Below the pieces are notes generated by a model. The model had not been told where the DNA came from. It searched no databases and saw nothing but the letters and a program-made list of their open reading frames with translations. DNA of 28,865 nucleotides, taken from Myxococcota bacterium (GTDB taxonomy: Bacteria; Myxococcota; UBA4151). Below, in pieces: positions 25,585-28,865 of the stretch. The number at the start of each line of letters is the position of its first letter. Position 1 is the stretch's first letter. The stretch is from assembly GCA_040260805.1 (NCBI GenBank), contig JBDQPD010000039.1, positions 1-28,865 on the forward strand, given 5' to 3'. A program made the position numbers and the translations under genes.

Positions 25585-25937
25585 GCGTTGGCTCTTTCGT
25601 TCAGGCAAGGGACGCAAAGATCGGCGTCGGGGAGCGCTCGCAGCCGAGCCCAAGGGATCGGCTCTAAGCAGTCGCTGCAGGATGTGCTTTCCGTTTCGCC
25701 ATCTTCAAATTGTCGTAAGCGGTTTTCGACCTGAACAAGGCGCTCTTCGGCTCGGCGCTTCTGAGCTTTCGCGATCTCCTGATGCTGCATGGCGTCCATT
25801 CGCGACAAACGCCCGACCATTGCCTGGTCAAGCTCGACCGTCTCCGCCGCACCCACCTGATCGTTCAACGTCGTCAGCAGTTGATCTTTGAGCTGCAGCA
25901 GCAAAGCCTTGATTTCATTCGCTTGTGCTTGGCTCAT
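25581..25937 (-). CDS. TraR/DksA family C4 zinc-finger protein
   Basis: Coiled coil with ELDQAMVGRLSRMDAMQ; CSDC-x17-CVPC with IPWARLRALP; probable start ATG 25937. Confidence 0.88.
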   Translation of the reverse strand: MSQAQANEIKALLLQLKDQLLTTLNDQVGAAETVELDQAMVGRLSRMDAMQHQEIAKAQKRRAEERLVQVENRLRQFEDGETESTSCSDCLEPIPWARLRALPDADLCVPCLNERANA

Positions 25938-25963
25938 TGAGAGGCTCGCCGACCGATTAGAGG

Positions 25964-26083
25964 CATCATTTAGAATGGAGCCGGACGCCTCCTTTCGCAA
26001 GGCCCCGTGCGTGGGCGCGCGAAAGGAGGTTGTGATCTTGAGTCCTGTGGGACACTTGAGACGGTAGAGTTGACTAGGTGATG
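25964..26083. promoter_or_regulatory. Structured intergenic element: 11-bp perfect inverted repeat plus an outer 10-bp helix
   Basis: CCTCCTTTCGC (25988-25998) is the reverse complement of GCGAAAGGAGG (26019-26029); inner GCCC/GGGC stem; CATCATTTAG (25964-25973) can pair with CTAGGTGATG (26074-26083) using two G-U pairs on the + strand. Confidence 0.55.
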
Positions 26084-26085
26084 GC

Positions 26086-27021
26086 ATGAGACGCGTTGAA
26101 TCAAAGGTGAGCTTGAAGAGCAGGTTGACGCTTTGGCTGATCGACTTAAGCGGCCATCTGACGGCTCCGCTCAACCACAGGGGTTTTTATAATCTGACCA
26201 AGCGCATCGGTCTGCTCTCATCAAAGGATGAGCGCGTGTTGATGAGGCTGAATGAAGACTCGGTCTATGAGCTGTTGCTTCGAGACCCGTATTGGAATCG
26301 ATTGGTCCACCAGTCCTTCAGGTACGAGCCAGAGATCTATCATTTCTTCGATCTGCTCAAAGGTCAGAAGTTCGCCTTCGTTGATGGTGGCGCGAATTGG
26401 GGATTTTGGAGCGTGCTCGCCTCTTCGACGACTTATGGCGCGGTGGAGACCGTCGCCTACGAGCCGATGCCGGCAACTTTTGCCTTCCTTCAGCGGAATT
26501 CTGAGCTCAACGGGAATCGTTTCCGGGTGGTTCAAAGGGCGATCGCTGGTCAAGCGATCAAGGATATACCGATGACCGCAAGCGCCGATGCGGAGGTGTC
26601 CGCAGTGGGCGCGTCGATCGCAGCGCCAGTCGCCGATCGAGGCTCCGCAGTGCTCGTGGATGCTGACGGTATCGATCAGGTTCTTGAGGGGCTTCAGAGC
26701 ACAGACCCGGTGGTGATCAAGCTCGATCTTGAAGGGGTCGAGCGTGCGGTGATTGAGGCGTCCGAGTGGATCGATCAAAACGACTGTCTGTTGCTCTTTG
26801 AAGACCACGCCAAAGATCCCGAGTGTGAGGTCACTCAAGCCGTTCTCGACAAGGACTGGCCGATCTATTTCTTTCATGATGACGGTCGGCTTGACCGCAT
26901 CGAATCGGTGGCGCAGGCGGCGGCTCTTAAGACGGTCGCTAATCGAGGGTACAACTTCTTTGGTGCGCACCCTGGTGGGTTTTTCGATAAGCTTTTTGCA
27001 TCGCAAATGGAGACGCGTTGA
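26086..27021 (+). CDS. FkbM family SAM-dependent methyltransferase
   Basis: FVDGGANWGFWS, AYEP, VIKLDLEGVE motifs. Confidence 0.88.
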   Translation: MRRVESKVSLKSRLTLWLIDLSGHLTAPLNHRGFYNLTKRIGLLSSKDERVLMRLNEDSVYELLLRDPYWNRLVHQSFRYEPEIYHFFDLLKGQKFAFVDGGANWGFWSVLASSTTYGAVETVAYEPMPATFAFLQRNSELNGNRFRVVQRAIAGQAIKDIPMTASADAEVSAVGASIAAPVADRGSAVLVDADGIDQVLEGLQSTDPVVIKLDLEGVERAVIEASEWIDQNDCLLLFEDHAKDPECEVTQAVLDKDWPIYFFHDDGRLDRIESVAQAAALKTVANRGYNFFGAHPGGFFDKLFASQMETR

Positions 27022-28403
27022 GTACCGTACAAAGGACCTATTCGCCGGTTGATGGAGCTCTTTTGGTTGAGCGAGGGCTTGCCGATGCCAGTCAGCGAAA
27101 TCTGGTCCTTGATCGTGCGGTGCGCGCCCAACAAGGCTGGAGTCAGGTCGCCCTTGATCAGCGCATCCAAGGCTTGACGGCGATGGTTGATGCCTTTGTG
27201 TCCATGAAGGATGATATCGCCGAAGAGATCACGCGCCAGATGGGTCGTCCCTTGAGCCAAAGCCCTTGGGAAGTTGGCGGCTTTGAAGAGCGAGCTCGGG
27301 CGATGTTGGCGATGGCGCCGACGGCTTTGAGTCCGGTGCGTCCGGCGACGATAGAAGGCTTTGATCGCTGGATTCAGCGCGAGCCGCTTGGCGTGGTGCT
27401 GACCTTAGCGCCCTGGAATTATCCTTACCTTTGTGCGGTCAACGCGATCATCCCGGCGATGGCTGCTGGGAACTCGGTGGTGCTCAAGCACTCCTCGCAG
27501 ACGCCACTTTGCGCCGAGCGCTTGCAACAAGCCGCTGACGCGGCGGGCTTGCCCGATGGGGTCTTTCAGACGCTGCATTGCGGTCATGACGCCGTCGCGG
27601 AGATGGTCGCTGATCCGCGGGTAAACTTTGTCGCCTTTACCGGCTCGGTCGAGGGTGGGGTGGCGGTGAGCTCTGCCGCAGGCGGACGCTTTATGAGTTT
27701 AGGTCTAGAGCTTGGCGGTAAAGACCCAGCCTACGTCCGCGCCGATGCTGATCTTGAGCATGCCGCGCCAAACTTGGTCGAGGGCGCGTTCTTTAACTCG
27801 GGGCAGAGCTGCTGCGGAATCGAGCGGATCTACGTCCACGAGCGCCAGTTCAATGAGTTTGTTGAGCGCTACGTCGCTGGAGTTCAAGCCTACACCCTCG
27901 GCAACCCGCTGCAATTGACGACGGATTTGGGCCCCTTGGTGCGGACTAGCGCTGCGGACCATGTTCGCCGGCAAACCGAGCAGGCTCTGGCGAGCGGCGC
28001 TCGAGCGCTGATCGATCCTGCGCATTATGCAGCCGCCGATGGCGCCGCTTACCTTGCGCCGCAGGTGTTGGTTGACGTCCAGCATTCGATGGAGTTGATG
28101 CGCGAGGAGACCTTTGGTCCGGTCGTGGGGATCATGTCCGTCGCCGATGATGCCGAAGCGATCAGGCTGATGAATGACTCGCGTTATGGTCTCACCGCAA
28201 GCGTGTGGACGCCCGATCTTACCGCCGCTGAGGCGGTCGGGCAGAGGCTCGAAACAGGCACTGTTTATGCGAACCGGTGCGATTACCTTGATCCGTATCT
28301 TGCCTGGGTTGGTGTGAAAGATTCCGGCAGGGGCTGCACCCTATCGAGCGTCGGTTATGAGCACCTGACCCGACCCAAATCCTTTCACCTTCGTCACCTC
28401 TAG
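27018..28403 (+). CDS. Aldehyde dehydrogenase family protein
   Basis: APWNYP, LKHS, FTGS, LELGGKD, FFNSGQSCC, EETFGP, YGLTAS; TTG start overlaps the FkbM stop (TTGA). Confidence 0.95.
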   Translation: MSTVQRTYSPVDGALLVERGLADASQRNLVLDRAVRAQQGWSQVALDQRIQGLTAMVDAFVSMKDDIAEEITRQMGRPLSQSPWEVGGFEERARAMLAMAPTALSPVRPATIEGFDRWIQREPLGVVLTLAPWNYPYLCAVNAIIPAMAAGNSVVLKHSSQTPLCAERLQQAADAAGLPDGVFQTLHCGHDAVAEMVADPRVNFVAFTGSVEGGVAVSSAAGGRFMSLGLELGGKDPAYVRADADLEHAAPNLVEGAFFNSGQSCCGIERIYVHERQFNEFVERYVAGVQAYTLGNPLQLTTDLGPLVRTSAADHVRRQTEQALASGARALIDPAHYAAADGAAYLAPQVLVDVQHSMELMREETFGPVVGIMSVADDAEAIRLMNDSRYGLTASVWTPDLTAAEAVGQRLETGTVYANRCDYLDPYLAWVGVKDSGRGCTLSSVGYEHLTRPKSFHLRHL

Positions 28404-28411
28404 GAGCGCTT

Positions 28412-28865
28412 ATGAACCTGAGCGGAAACTGGAACTTCCCGGCACCGATTCGCTTTGGTCCCGGGACCATCGCCGAGCTGCCCGCAGCCTGCCGCGAGCT
28501 TGGGATGAAGCGTCCCTTGCTGGTCACAGACCCAGGGCTGGCTTCGCTGCCGATCGTTGAGCACGCCATCCAGATCAATGAAGAGGCTGGTTTGCCCACG
28601 GGCTTGTTCTCGCAAATGCAGGGCAACCCCATCGGCGAGGACGTCGATCGGGGCACCGAGGTGCTACGAGCCGGCGGATACGATGGCGTCATCGCCTTTG
28701 GTGGTGGGTCAGCTTTGGATGTCGGCAAGGCGATCGCCTTGATGGCAGGTCAGACGCGCCCGCTCTGGGATTTCGAAGATGCCGGCGACAATTGGACCCG
28801 CGTCGATGAAGCCGCCATGGTGCCCTGTGTCGCCGTGCCGACGACCTCGGGGACCGGTTCAGAGG
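28412..28865 (+). CDS. Iron-containing alcohol dehydrogenase, 3' end runs off the window
   Basis: Not in the ORF track; hand translation from ATG 28412 (AGGAG RBS): MNLSGNWNFPAPIRFGPG...PLLVTDPG...GNP...AFGGGSALDVGKA...AVPTTSGTGSE. Confidence 0.93.
   Translation, partial: MNLSGNWNFPAPIRFGPGTIAELPAACRELGMKRPLLVTDPGLASLPIVEHAIQINEEAGLPTGLFSQMQGNPIGEDVDRGTEVLRAGGYDGVIAFGGGSALDVGKAIALMAGQTRPLWDFEDAGDNWTRVDEAAMVPCVAVPTTSGTGSE

Noticed and set aside
25964..26083. Identification as 6S RNA, SRP RNA, tRNA or a SAM/c-di-GMP/cobalamin riboswitch
   Set aside because: Too short or asymmetric for 6S and lacks the conserved motifs I recall for these families; kept only as an unassigned structure.
11843..28865. 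GABA shunt formed by the decarboxylase plus the ALDH and Fe-ADH
   Set aside because: Genes are about 14 kb apart, no aminotransferase is present, and substrates are not established.
1..28865. Mobile elements, CRISPR arrays, prophage or defence systems
   Set aside because: No integrase, transposase, nuclease or phage structural motifs and no regularly spaced DNA repeats were seen.

Overview
GC-rich (roughly 60% by eye), densely coding bacterial chromosomal window with about 25 genes. I found no rRNA, tRNA, CRISPR array, transposase or phage genes. The gene content suggests a Myxococcota/Bradymonadia-like deltaproteobacterium (inference): many lipoproteins, Cys-rich repeats, a DUF4139 protein, Kelch and FG-GAP propellers, and PPC-like repeats. 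Left to right: partial GT2 glycosyltransferase (-); two tandem paralogous Cys-repeat lipoproteins (+); DUF4139 lipoprotein (-); outer-membrane beta-barrel (+); di-heme c-type cytochrome lipoprotein (-); TM-GAF-PAS-adenylate cyclase (+); FG-GAP/VCBS lipoprotein (+); PUA-less, P5CS-like glutamate 5-kinase (-), divergent from a GAD/CSAD-like PLP decarboxylase (+); Shewanella-like phosphatase and SprT-like protein (+); ArsC/YffB and PLD (-); a + strand run of thioredoxin-Kazal lipoprotein, small Cys lipoprotein, OMP, Kelch lipoprotein, Omp28-like lipoprotein and SRPBCC; saccharopine-dehydrogenase-like protein (-); AlkP-superfamily lipoprotein coupled to a TraR/DksA gene (-); FkbM methyltransferase, aldehyde dehydrogenase and partial Fe-ADH (+). 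Best candidates for something new: (i) an envelope system of disulfide-rich lipoproteins sharing a 4-Cys module and a post-lipobox D-[AS]-[GA] linker motif, alongside two CxxC thioredoxin-fold lipoproteins; (ii) the divergent pair of eukaryote-like glutamate kinase and GAD/CSAD-like decarboxylase; (iii) a structured intergenic element with an SD/anti-SD inverted repeat and a possible leader ORF at 25964-26083. All family assignments come from motif recognition by eye. No searches were run.
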